From Tubulanus polymorphus (lineage: Eukaryota; Animalia; Nemertea): DNA of 64,000 bases. Both the position numbers and the translations under genes were made by a program. The notes beneath the pieces are model-generated. The model had not been told where the DNA came from. It saw nothing but the letters and a program-made list of their open reading frames with translations, and ran no database searches. Of this stretch, positions 23,314-36,700 are shown one piece after another. Each line of letters opens with the position of its first letter. Within the stretch, counting starts at the first letter, position 1. The DNA is taken from the NCBI RefSeq assembly GCF_964204645.1, contig NC_134035.1:12060451-12124450 (forward strand). The letters are read 5' to 3'.

Positions 23314-25306
23314 ATGGAAGGTCATCATATGGCGATAGTTTGTGTTCTGAGTGTTTTGCTGTTGCGTGGCATAAAAGCCGTGAGTTGAATCTATCTGAAT
23401 TAAGCATTATCCAACGAAACTCAAAGCTATTGTGAATGATTATTTCCTATGTTTAATCCTCTTGCTATATTCTCTGTTCAATGAATTTTGTATATACTAT
23501 AAATTAGACAGATGAAAATACGTTGTTCTGCGATGATAAAAGGATATGCAAGCCGGGGGAGATTTGTCGAGGACCGTTCGGAGAGATGCCAACAGAGAAG
23601 AGGCTAGATGACTACTGCCAGAGTAAGCGTTATCAAACTATTCTTCTCTATAGAATATAAATATTTGCAGAAAAAAATAACCTGAAACGACCGACTTGAT
23701 AAAGAATCACCAGAGAAAAGCGAGGGAGAATATACGTGCTGCTTTGTTCAAGTAATTTGTACTATGCATTTGTACCGTCCTATGCAGCAAATCATATTTG
23801 AAAATAAAGCGTTGATTCGATGCCTCAAAATTCCGTCATAGAAGAAAATGAGTTTCTGAAAATCATTCCATGCATATTTTCTTTCCCTTCATTTTGAAGA
23901 TGGTTTGCCTTTTAGATACTCCTAGTTTAAAAGAAATTTATTACTCAAGAATTAGAAATAAGAGACACGACGTTCCGGACTCAAGTCTCTAGAGACCATC
24001 GTCATGTGTACTTATTATCTATTCTTTAAACTGAAACTTGTTATAGACAGAGTCTCACACTAAAAATATGAAGTCCAAAAAGTTTCCTTAAAGCTGATAA
24101 TCTATTGATTCGACGTTTAGAATATGACCTAATACTTACCTTCAGGGATACTGAGTTACCAAAAATATGAGATATTTAGATTAAACATTCAATAGTGAAG
24201 CAAACTAGGGGTACTTAATAAGATAAAATCCCACTATTTACAGATTAAAAGAATTTAAAAACCAGAATTTATTTATTAAATCTAAAAAAGATTAAAGATT
24301 TAAGATTTTAGATTTAATAAATCAATTCTGGTTTTTAAATTCTTTTAATCTGTAAATAGTGGGATTTTATCTTATTATCCGTTCACCACGTTTGAGTGTG
24401 GTCATCGTTCTAGGGGTACTTGTTAGAGTGTGGCTATTCTACTGTAGGCACTAGGAAATAGAGGATTAACATCGTTTACGGAATTTGAATAGTTTGATTG
24501 AATGATTTTTGCTGATTTGGTTCTGTGTTATAAGTCTATTTATTAATCACGACACACTTTTTCACCAGCGTGATTATCAATGTGTTTGTTTGTTAGTTAA
24601 TCTCTATCATCTTTGCTTCAGCTAAATGTATCGAGTATAATCATCCGTGTAGAACCTATTGGTCGTGTTCTATAAACGCACAATACAACCCTGAATGCCA
24701 CTGTAATGAATTTGTCTGTAGTAGTAAATCGTTTGGTTCGTGTACAGCTCGAGACGCCGGTGTACTCAAACATTTCACAAATGAGTAAGTAATATCAACT
24801 ACATCAAAACGAACATTATGAACATGTGAACGAACTGAAACCTTAACACGTCGGTATCCAGAAAACCTGTTTTTTTTTTCTCAAATTCATTTCCTATTTG
24901 CAATTTTTAACGACTTCTCAAACAGAAAATTAAGAAAGAATATTTTTATCACAATATTCGAATTTTGTATGAGTAAACGAAAAAATTTGATGACTTTATA
25001 GCGACTTTTTAACAGAAAATCATTTCCTACGAATTATTTCTTTTTCGTCGAATTTTCTGCGACTTTTCTTTCCCACGTGGTGACTTTCCACACAAATCTA
25101 ATATTTCTTTTCGGCATTTTTTTTCGCCTACGTTTTTGTGCCTTTTTCAACATACGAATTGTTCTGGAGTTAATGCTTCATTTTCTCTTCGCAGGTGCAG
25201 TATGGTTACGGAAAATTGCAAAAAAGTTAAAGCAGACCCAGCGAAAGAACTTACCGAAATGAGGTGTTCCCATTTCACAGGCCTCAATTCCGTCAAGTAT
25301 ACGTAA
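23314..25306 (+). CDS. Secreted cysteine-rich protein with a follistatin/Kazal-like C-terminal module (~151 aa, 4 coding exons)
   Basis: Exons 23314-23379, 23508-23622, 24622-24784 and 25195-25306 are GT-AG with phases 0/1/2. Protein: MEGHHMAIVCVLSVLLLRGIKA-TDENTLFCDDKRICKPGEICRGPFGEMPTEKRLDDYCQTKCIEYNHPCRTYWSCSINAQYNPECHCNEFVCSSKSFGSCTARDAGVLKHFTNECSMVTENCKKVKADPAKELTEMRCSHFTGLNSVKYT. The signal peptide sits in its own exon, there are 14 mature Cys, and FTNECSM..ENC resembles the Kazal Y.N.C.M...NC motif. Confidence 0.75.
24217..24409 (+). mobile_element. Fold-back Penelope-like end fragment without a ribozyme core
   Basis: Arms ~24216-24288 and 24306-24377; 32-nt tail with hairpin ACCAC..GTGGT. 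TSD CTAGGGGTACTT at 24205-24216 and 24410-24421. GTGGGATT motif present. Confidence 0.75.
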
Positions 25307-28050
25307 GATTGATTCGTCTATAAAGATCAATGACTTCAGTGCTTTAAGATGAATAATTGACTTCTATGTAAATTTTCATCGATATCAAAATTGCTTATTG
25401 ATAATATTTCTAACGGACGTGGGAACTAATTATTGTAATAGTAATTACGATATCAACATTCGTTGTTAATTTTTTCTCAACTGGGCTGAACAGTCTATAG
25501 AATAGTGAGTCCTCGGTGCACACGGAGTGGACGACATGTTAAACTCGTGAGATTCGTGCAAATTCAACTGCAGCCAATCAGGTTTCAACAGTAGCTACTT
25601 AACAATGATACATTTACGTTGAATTAATACGTAATCAAAAAACATCCCTCGTCCTTCTATTGTCTTTAGACCTGACAGCGTAACAACCGAGGCCAACATT
25701 CTTCGCCAGGAGGGATTGCTGATGCATCGTTTCAATTGAAACTGGGCCCTAATTCCTGTCGTTGGAGGGTCGTCGAAAACGATCGCAACTCCAGCAAGCG
25801 ACAATGCGTTAGAAGCAATAACGCAAAGGTTACATACAATCATTGACGATCTCTACCCAGTTGGTCCCTAGATCCGGCATTCCGCCTGGCAGCGACAGAC
25901 AACAGCAGCGTACGTAGGTTTATCAAAGAGCAGAGCGTTAATTAGCCACGGCGATTTGTCGAGATATTGACGAAGCGATGATTTACACGAAAAACGTTTT
26001 ACGGATTTAAACAACAACGTATCGACAGGTGCGCGCTGAGACCGACAGGTGCGCGTTAGGATCAAATTTGCTTCAATGAGGTGAAACGAGGCCTCCGCCA
26101 CGTTAAATTTCAGATCACTCATACTCATATTTTGCCTACGTGAAAATTGAAGAAGGAAATGAACCCGTGATGCATAGAATGTCTTATACTGAGACGGAAT
26201 AGTTTGTTACACAGGGCGCCCGCATGCCGTGTTCGCGACAACGCCATCCGGTATCAACTAATCAGCAGAGCCAGACAGTTCAACAGTTCGGCATTTTCAA
26301 TTATTTTCCATAGCGACTCCAGGGTTAGGTACTTAAATTGGATTTTGACCCGAGAGTCATATCAACTGTGGAATTGTACTTGACCCTGGTCCAAATAAAC
26401 CCAGCAACTGTGGAACTGGGGTCAAATGAAACATTCGACTGTGGAACTGGAAAATTAGTCAAAATCAGGGGGAGGGGTGTCCAATGAGAAAAAAGGGCAC
26501 TTTTTACGAAACACGACGTACTCCGGATGCTTCTACACAATTTTAGGGGGTGCTTTCGGTCATTTCATTCGTTGAAAAAATATTATAGGTGGAAAACCTT
26601 GGTCAAAAAAATTGTGGGTGACATTTTTGAGGGCACTTCAAAGTTGAGGGAGGGGGTTCCGGACACCCCGACATCCCCTAGATCCGCCCCTGCATCCAAT
26701 AGTCAAACCTGAACTGACTCACAACCTCGGTTCACCAAAGCACGGTTCTCTTTAACTATGCCGAATTATTGATCAGTAATTCCAGGGTAATCGCAGGTGT
26801 CGACTTTCCAATAAAAGAGTGATAAATACTATATTTATCGGTTGAACTCTCGTTGGGGGCAAAACGTAAATAGAATATACAACATTCTCAACACAGACGA
26901 CTTAAGCCCAACACATTTATCAAACACCGTGAATGAAAAGCCTATTGATAAATCGATGTCCGATATCTTCAAAACGTTCTTTTCAATCCATTTATTTATT
27001 GCGTCTTTTCACCTGAGATCGTACAAAATCAAGCTACAACATGCAGCAGTTATTCGTTGCATGTGTTCAGAGCTAAGACTCATGAGATGTTTTCAATAAT
27101 GGCAAGTAAAATCGCCTCGGCAGGGATTCGAACCTGATCGCATCGCGAGACTCTGCCACCGTCCGTCGCGTGGTACACCGCTGGTTTGAATATCTCTAAA
27201 CTAGAAAATCAACTCGTTTTTCAAACGGCAACTACTAAGTCCCGAGGTACTGGGTGAAAAGAGATAACCGAAGGACCTAGAAATCTTTACAAGATAGCAT
27301 CTTGTCAGTGATGAATTGTAATTTGATTGTAAAGCAGTAATTGCTGTATCTTTAGCTTGACATATTTTCATAGCATATGTTTCTAGTTAATACGCGAGTG
27401 TCATATAAACATATCATTCGATACGATTCCTACATCTCAATATTTTGACAGCTAATTTCGTGTTTAACGTCGCAATAAAGACAGCAATGCGGCTTCTGTT
27501 TTGAGCATGACGAATAGCTTTAACGGATAAATTCACATCAAGTGAAATGAAAGCCTGTCACTTGGAAAATGCGATCTTGTCACGTACACGCAGTAACGCG
27601 ATTTGTCTGCGTCCTTCCGCTTATAGTTCAAGACGAAAAAAAGAAAATGGACTTGAAAATACGACTGGGGACGCGTATAAAGAGTATGAACAGACTAAAA
27701 CGTGAATAAGAGCTGACTGTACAGGTTGAATGGTTTGCGTTTTATTCTGAAAATCCCGTGTAAGACACGTCGGAAATGTCGATGAATAGTTTCTGTCATT
27801 AGTTGAAATTTGCTTGAAGTCTTTTAGAACTATTTTGACGTGTATACTTTTTATTCTAACTCAATAAGGTCAATGAGGATATTTTAGATGGATTTCTGGT
27901 AATGAAATATTTCTTAGTCAATGATATTGTTTAAGTCTATATTCATAATGAGTGAAATCATTCGTACGAATACGTTATAATATGACCGATTGTCGGGAAC
28001 CAGTGAATACGGTAAGGAAGTCATTTCAGATTAAAATGTTCAAAGTTCAG

Positions 28051-28188
28051 GGGCCGGTTGCGTAGTCATGGCTTAGACTTAGGACCAGTCTAAGACCAAC
28101 TTAGTTCTATAGCCAATCTAACAACTTAAGACCAGTTTTAAGATTTAAGACCACTTTTGGACTTAACTCACGACTGTGCAACTGGCCC
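28051..28188. mobile_element. PIF/Harbinger-type (Tourist-like) MITE
   Basis: TIRs GGGCCGGTTGC and GCAACTGGCCC with a 3-bp CAG duplication. Family members at ~8220-8365, 29862-30213, 49582-49848, ~56840-56955 and ~61344-61436. Confidence 0.8.
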
Positions 28189-29861
28189 CAGAAGAAAATC
28201 TAAGCCGCGTCACGTGGAACATCTTACTATTGGACAAACTGATAAAGTGTAAATCGGTTGATTTTCTCATTTTTAACAGTTCCTTATACGGTTCTTCGTT
28301 TACAGATATATCCGGGCATTTCGGAGGCCTATCCGGAGAATTCGTATATACATTTCATGTTTAGCTGGCCGTTAACATAAACGGCTGGATGACAAATAAA
28401 TCTGTATTTGTGCAAATACGCGCTGATGACGGTAAATAATTGATAAGGTATAATCCATTATATACTCATAATAATTAATCTGCATCAAACGATTTATTAT
28501 TGACACGAGGAGAAAGTGTTTGCATTGGTGTTTGAAGTGAGTTGTGATACATGTAACAGGCACTGCTACTCGTGTCGTGCGCACCACTGCTGAGCGAGTC
28601 ACCTTCCACAAACTACCACCACCGCAGTTGGGTTCGCTTTTATGAACCTGCTTTCGCAACGTTTCAGGCGCATCGTCGTTTAAAGAATGTCGAATATCCT
28701 GAAAAACATTCGAACAAAAGAGAACGAATTAAAGCGTAAACATTCGCCAATCGAGTCGCCGAGAAGAGAAAGAATATTCTGTAGTGTTGGGTTACCCCAG
28801 AGACACAGAGAAACTAAAACATATTTTCCGGTTTATAAGGATATAGTATTTCATAGTTTTCTGTACAGAGTCATGTAATATTCATAGACCGTGTAATAAA
28901 TGTCTTTTAGCGTGTATACGATTAGACATATCTCTTTCTTATACAATATCAGATTTACTACGAAAAAATACGTAATGTTTAGATGCAAGTTATGTAAGTT
29001 AATTTGTATAGACGGCTGAATCAACCATAAGGCACAACGTGTAAATCTGATCGGAATGAAACAAACTTCCGACTGAATTATTATTTACCTCAGCTGAAGT
29101 ACCTTAAAAGATCGAATGAAACTTTCGTTTTCTTATCGCAAAACCTACAATTTGTGTCTATACATTTTCTATAGCTTGATGCGACCGAGCTCAATACCGA
29201 TAAAGGACGGAGACAGAGGCGATTGGATGTTGCACTTAGACACGATGGGTGGAAATTATTACCTTCGTTATTCCATAGATACGATGCTTACAACCCTCAA
29301 AATCTCCTCACAGTCGCTATCTCTACCCCTTCATATAATAGTATATCATTGTTATACCGACATTGAAGTAAATATGAATCATAATCTCTTAAAACAATGA
29401 ATTAATTTACTACAGTAGAATCCTTAAATACGCACAGAAATATGTCAACACTCGACGACCTTTCACTTTCAGAAACCTCGGATTAAAGTCCTCCCGCAAG
29501 TAAAAAAAAAGAAAGATGAAAAATGATTATATCATAGATGTTTCAGCTCGGTAGATCGCGATAGAGCTGCTTCAGTCGTCGCTGCAGCCCTACGGGTTTC
29601 ACGTTAATAACCGAACTTCAATCGGTCTCAGTAACAGTCACCGATGCAGTGCGCTACATACATGCGAAAGGTAGAATTTTTTTCTTGTCGGTAAGATAAT
29701 ATCAGACGAGTGCCGAGTCGGAAAAATACGGCGATGACTTTTGAGAGAGGAAGATAGAGGAAACGAGATGGAGAAAGGGAGAGGGGGATAGTTGGAGGGA
29801 GGAGATCATTTGATCTATTTTCTTAGTTTTAGTTTATACGAGTTCGAAAATATAAGCTCCA

Positions 29862-30521
<660 letters not shown>

Positions 30522-30814
30522 GGGTATCGGTTACTGAGTCGAGACGTTTTTCTATCGAATACGAAATCTGAAGTTATTGTAGTCGCTGTTAATTGACGGT
30601 TTTTGTCTGATATCAATAGGTGCGAAAATTGGAAAAATCGCAGGAAATGATAATTTATTTATACAAATAGAGATCAATTAACGTCGGTTGAATCGATCCT
30701 CGCTTGCCGGTGTTGGTTCTCACTGGTATTGTGATTTCCGGTTTATGAATGAGGTGTAGAATTACTGTATTAACACATTTTTAGATCGACGATAAATGCA
30801 TTTAACCCTTTAAC

Positions 30815-31175
30815 ATCAGAGCGCATCCTTATAGCGGAGCGTCAGAGCTTTCGACTCCCATACATAACCGAAGTGTCCCCGGGTAAGACACTCATCCTCA
30901 TTTTCTCTCTATAACCAGAGATACCTGGGCTATCCTGAGCCTAGCAGCTGTTCGGATGTCACTTCTCCCCAGGGAGCGATGACTGATAAATGAGTTCGAG
31001 ATATAGGCTGGGGTAATGATACTAATTTGACTTCTCTCTAGAGAAAGAGAGAGAGAGAGAGAGGGAGATTACCTGTACAGAATTTCAGATATATGCTAGG
31101 GGTAATGATACCAATGTCACTTCTCCCCAGGGAGAGATGACGGATAATTGTTAGAGTTGTAGGCTGGGGTACTAC
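30815..31175 (+). mobile_element. Degenerate tRNA-derived SINE-like element with internally repeated 3' part
   Basis: TTCGACTCC B-box-like motif, GTGTCCCCGGGTAAGACACT CORE-like motif, and three repeats of cttctccccagggag...ggctggggtaatgatac. Confidence 0.45.
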
Positions 31176-31699
31176 CAGTTTAATTAAAAGTGCTGTTAAA
31201 CAATGTTGAAAAGGGCGTTATAGAAATTAAACCCCTAACTCGTTAGATACACTCGTAACACCCAACTCACTTATTCAGTGACGATTAAATAAAACATTTT
31301 CCATCCCCGATATTTTTCGGATCTTAGATTTAAACGTGTTCAGGAATTTTCTGTCGCCTTCAAATTGCCGGCTTACCGCAACATTCCAGACATTCGACAT
31401 CGGGCATTCGACATACGCGGTTCTAAATCTCAACAACGATATCTCTACATTTTCACCGTGCAAACAACAGAAAGACTTATCGGCAAAAACGCCGCCAGAA
31501 ATAAAATTCCGAGACTGATACTGAAAGTGGCTCTAGGACATATCCATCAAATGTCGCAGTCGTTTTAAACCATAATGTATAATCCCGTAGATAAAAAGAG
31601 GCATTCGATGTATTTCCTTGAGCTAATATTCATCCGTATCGACTGATAATCATCTTCAGGAATACGAGCGCTATCAAACGAGAAAACTAACTTGAATGT

Positions 31700-32100
31700 T
31701 TATTGACGGCCAGAAGATATAACACATAATATAAAATTGCCTATCATTTTCGACAATGAACAATAAAGTATAAATCATGTAATTTTAAGGATCAATAAAG
31801 TTATTTTGGATTTGAATATCGATGATTGAATTGAATTGTCCGGTAACCAGTCTAGCGCCGATATATTGATGACGTAGTGCACATCTTCGCAAAATAATCA
31901 TCAAAACAATCCAACAAAAATTTATCAGAAATAAATTAAGAGTTATTTGATGATGAAATAAACGCCAACATCCACAATTGTAACTGTTATTTGATGACGC
32001 AGTGAACATCGACTTACATAGAACCCCTTATGAAACGCAAAATACTAGGTATCAATGTATGTGAATATTATTGAAACGGTTTTTACGGCGTCAAAAACAT
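31700..32100. repeat. Unclassified dispersed repeat family
   Basis: Shares ggatcaataaagttattttggatttgaatatcgat..ccagtctagc..gatatattgatgacg..acggtttttacggcgtc with inverted copies at ~44995-45300 and ~62645-63030 and a partial copy at ~54920-55092. Confidence 0.75.
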
Positions 32101-33736
32101 TTTAGATATATTAACAGTGGAGAATAAAATAGGGTAATTAATTAGCGAGATTTGTGTGATACAAACTATATTAGAGGTTACATTCATGGAAAAAACGGTT
32201 ACTTATGAACAACCTATAAATGATTAGCTAATAAAAAATTTCAGACTCTTTTTGTTACGCAGATAGGATTATACTATCGACCTTTTTGCGTAATTGATTA
32301 TTATACAGAACGTTTCTTGCCTAGTCGTGGTTAATCTCTTGGAAACCCGCAACCGAGGATCTTCCGACGTAACATTTTCATTCTTCGTGTGGAATTTCAT
32401 ATTATTCCACATCACGAACATTGTGTTTTTAAGCCATCTTTGCTGAGATCGGAAACTTCCTGTATAACATTGCTAATAGCGAAGCATTTTGCGGTTCACA
32501 AAATTGATTCGGCAATTGATTTCATGCCACGAATAATTCTTTTTAGATAATCGTCCGATGTCGATATAGAATGGGACGTTTTTATATTCGCGTGTTCATC
32601 GGCTAAAAAAATCCGTCGTTAGCCCCTCGGGAAAAAAATTCGAGGACAAATCGGCCTTCTTTATCGATGTAAAGATTAGCGGGCAGTTTTAACGACCGGT
32701 CTATCTCGGGGTGATTTCTTCACGCCAGCATACAAGTACACGACGATGTTCGTTTTGCGCATGATTCGACTGACGAACCTGTTTCTTTTTCTTCAACGCG
32801 GAAAATAAATCTGTTACGCGTTCAATCCCCGCGCGTCTGAAAATCTCTATTCAAATAACGCGTAATGATTATTCATCAAACTATTCACGGAACGAATCTC
32901 TCATCGTCCTCCGCCGTATTGAAATTATATCGTATTACAAACACGACATAGACCGCAGACAACTCAGATACAATTCTATACCTGCTCATTGAAAGGAAGA
33001 ACAGATTACTACTTTTTGGCTCCCGACGGAAGATTAGTGATAATGTTGGCATCGAATGGTATCTGAAACTTTCAGCAAACAACGAGTGAGAGTTTTTTTT
33101 TGGAAATATTGCTGATTTTGCTGATGCTGATTTTGATTTGTCCGAGGGGAATAGGCAGGTATTGATTTTGTCGCTGTGGCAAGCGGTCAATGCTGAACTC
33201 AATAGGGAAGAGAGTTTATTACTTATAAATTACTGACAAATTACAAACAAGTTATTAACAAGTGATTTATCAATTTATGAATTCAGTAGTAACTTTATTC
33301 TGGGCCTCAACACACTCGTAAACTCTTATCCATATTAAATCTAATTTCATCTATAGCTTAACGATAATCATTTTCAGCTTCATGATTTTCACCAAGTGCT
33401 TCGTAAAAAAGGAAATGCTGATGTTGAAAATACACTGAAGTGTGAGATAGAATACGATATGATTAGCGAACCTTTCCAAATCTACGAAATAATAGAAATT
33501 GTGGTTGAATAGTCATTCAATTCCGCCATCCTAAGCCAAAACAAGACAAATTGAAAGAAGGGGGATTTTCACTGGGGAATTTTTACCCAGGGAATGTTTA
33601 CCGGTGGATGGGTTTTTACCTGTTACCCAATGCCTACACGTTTATTGTTTACTCGCGGAGGAGCGGAGTTGTTTTAGGTGTACAAAGCCAATTTTATCCG
33701 GTAGCATGCGGCGGGGCTCTCAATCCTAAATCAATC

Positions 33737-33768
<32 letters not shown>

Positions 33769-36700
33769 TTGATATAAGAAGGTTTGATGATTTAATGCAG
33801 CGACGTCGATTGTAGACATTTACAGTCAGCTGTGTTTACAAACGACGGCCGAGTCTTGTTAGCACTGCTGTGTCTACCACGTGTACAGGTTATGATATTC
33901 ACAATCGCGGGGAAACTAACCATTCAAACTTATTACACTATCATGATAATTCTATCTTAACAATTCAATTTCAATTTTCAATTCAATTGATCTCCATTAA
34001 CTGCACAAATGACACATTTTTTTAGGATCAGAAATGACATGTTTATAAAGATACAATGCAATGCGATGCAATACAGTACGAGAAAATCTGCGAGATGTAT
34101 ATACGTCTAGAAAACTCGCTGAACGTGTGGTTTGAATGTGTGAAACAGAAAGATATTATAAATCTCTTGCGTGGATGGTAGGTCCCTTATCCATACGCCC
34201 TACAACAAGGGTCAAGTCCTCTGAGGTAACGAGGATCAAGTCGTCAGGGTTTATTGAGGGTCAAGTCGTCGGGGTCCTGTCCAGGTTACTGTCGAGTTTT
34301 TGTTTTTGTCGAGTCAGATGAATGAGAAGCTACTGTTGCTGCTATTGGTCGATGCTCTCTCTCTCTCGGTACCGACTGTTTGCGTCGTCGATGTTTCAGA
34401 AGCTTGCGAGAGTAGTCAGTTCGTACGTGAGCCTCGCTGCAGTACCACACAACATCGGCAACAACTCCCATCATCGTCATCGTCATCACTTTCTGTTGTT
34501 AGTTTCGGATTTAACTTGGATTAGAGTTTAAGATAATCGGATTACGAAACTGTATTCATTCGAGAGGGTAAGGCGATATTTAATCAATATCAAAATGTCT
34601 CATAAACGATGTAATGATAATCATACAAAGCACTTTCGGCGGCGGAAAACTTTCACAAAAGTTGGCACCGATTCGTGGATCAGATTTCCTTGTTTATACC
34701 CGATAAAGTAATTTCATTAGAAAATATTCACAGAATTGATATAAAACCGCGTTGATTGATAAACCTGTTGATTTTAGATAAGCGATGAAATCAAAATTCA
34801 TTCTAACTAGAGCTTTAAGAACTTTTACGCCGAAAAAAAAAACAATTGAAAATTACCCTGGACGATTTTATAAAATCCACGCAATAAGATGATTTTAGGA
34901 TATAGTCGAAACGTCGAATAAACTTGTAGTTTAACGAATCTCTTTGGATTCGTTTCATTTCTTCTAAGACAAATTTCATGTAGTTTCACGATGAAGGCTG
35001 CCAAAGACGTCGTTAAAGCTAGAAATACAAATAGTTACCGGTGAAGTATATATTTAGAAAACACGTTAAATCCCTGTCATTATCAACACTGCGATTAATC
35101 AATCTTCCGTGTGAAGAGACACGAGTTTTGTCGATTTTTTTTCTTCTTAACGGAAGGATAAAGAGATTGCGCGATTGATAAAGGTCGTCGCTGCGAACTG
35201 TTGATAACGTGGAAATCTTTATCGGATTAACACGCAATGACGTTTCATCCTACACGTCTTAAATCTTACATATATATATTTATATCCTCCCAAGACGCTC
35301 TTGACCTGTCGCGCACGAAAAAAAACCTGTGTCTACAACTTATCGGGGAAATATCAGAGAAAGCCCGCGTCTGATGCTTTTAAACGTATAATCTCAGCAA
35401 GACTTATAGGAGAATAGCTGAAGAGTCGATTACGTTTTCATGGCTTTTTGATATCTCAATGTTTTGATCTCAAAATAGGGATTGATCCTGTTATTCATTT
35501 GATTGGTAGATTGAGTCGGTGTTCCTTAAAAACCCACCACACTTGCCGGGAGCGAAACAGTGATCGGCGGTCGAGTTTACAGTTTGTTTTAATCAAAGTA
35601 CATACATATCTCAATGTTTCATCGTACCCGCCCCTCCACAGCTCAGGACAGCCCGTCCCGTCACCTGTTTTTGGACAGCGCATTCAGATATAATACCGCT
35701 ACCATTTACGAGTCGCTATAAAAATTCACAATCCTGTCTTATCATGTAAGCGAATCATGTCTTATCGAATTGTGTTTGACGCGCCATTATGACGTCACTG
35801 ATCCGTTTTGACCTTCTTAAACGTAGAATGAACTAGCTTCTTAGTTTTCTGTGTATTTTCATCCAATTAATGAAACTCGTTAATTGTATACATATAAAGT
35901 GTTAAAGTGAAAGAGGTGGTTTACGAGTTTTGCGGTTGTTTATATTTCGGGTATAGAGTTAGGCTAAGCCGTATTATCACCTGCGCAGGTATCGTGTGCA
36001 GCACGTAAACTCGGTGCTCGATCGGTAATTCTTTTTTATTGCCTACACAGACGTCGCACCGGGTAATTCGTCGCAGAAGTTACCGCCGTCTTGGGTTCAA
36101 TTTTCATCGGATCAAATGGGATTCCTCGTTTCGGCGTTGACCGTAAACGTGTCATCGCTTTCCTGGACAGTACGGTTTAACTTTATCATTAAACCTTACG
36201 ACCGCTTTATCGCCGGCAAATGACGTTGTATCTTGTTTTTTTCTTCGATCGACGAATCGGATATTAAGCAAACAAACGCTGACACAACCCACACTCGCTC
36301 GACAGCGAAAATAATCATCGTTTTCTTCGAAACGAACGAATACGTCACTCTTGTTTTCATTCATATGTACATTAAGTCTGAATTTACCCGGATTTCAGGG
36401 GCGGACCCAGGAGCTAATTTTGAAGAACATTTGGTGTCCTAAAAGGCAATAGTAGGCGCACTCCAGCAGCTGAAATGCACACAGTCAAAAACGCGATGGA
36501 TCTGTACAAGTCTCACTTGTCCGCCTGCATTTTAGCGCCATGTTCACAACATTTTTGAGCGAATTTCTTCATTCTAAAGGTTTATTATTTGGAAATGAAC
36601 TGATTTTAATTTCAGAGTTTATCTTAGCCGACAAATTAAGTCATCTAAAAAACCCGATTCCACAGTTTTCTCAGTTGGATTTAGTTTAACAGTTAAAATA

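Noticed and set aside
23654-23751. Possible extra exon with in-frame TGA (selenocysteine) in the Cys-rich gene
   Set aside because: Its donor is phase 0 but the next exon needs phase 1. Exon 23508-23622 splices directly in frame to 24622, and no SECIS was recognised.
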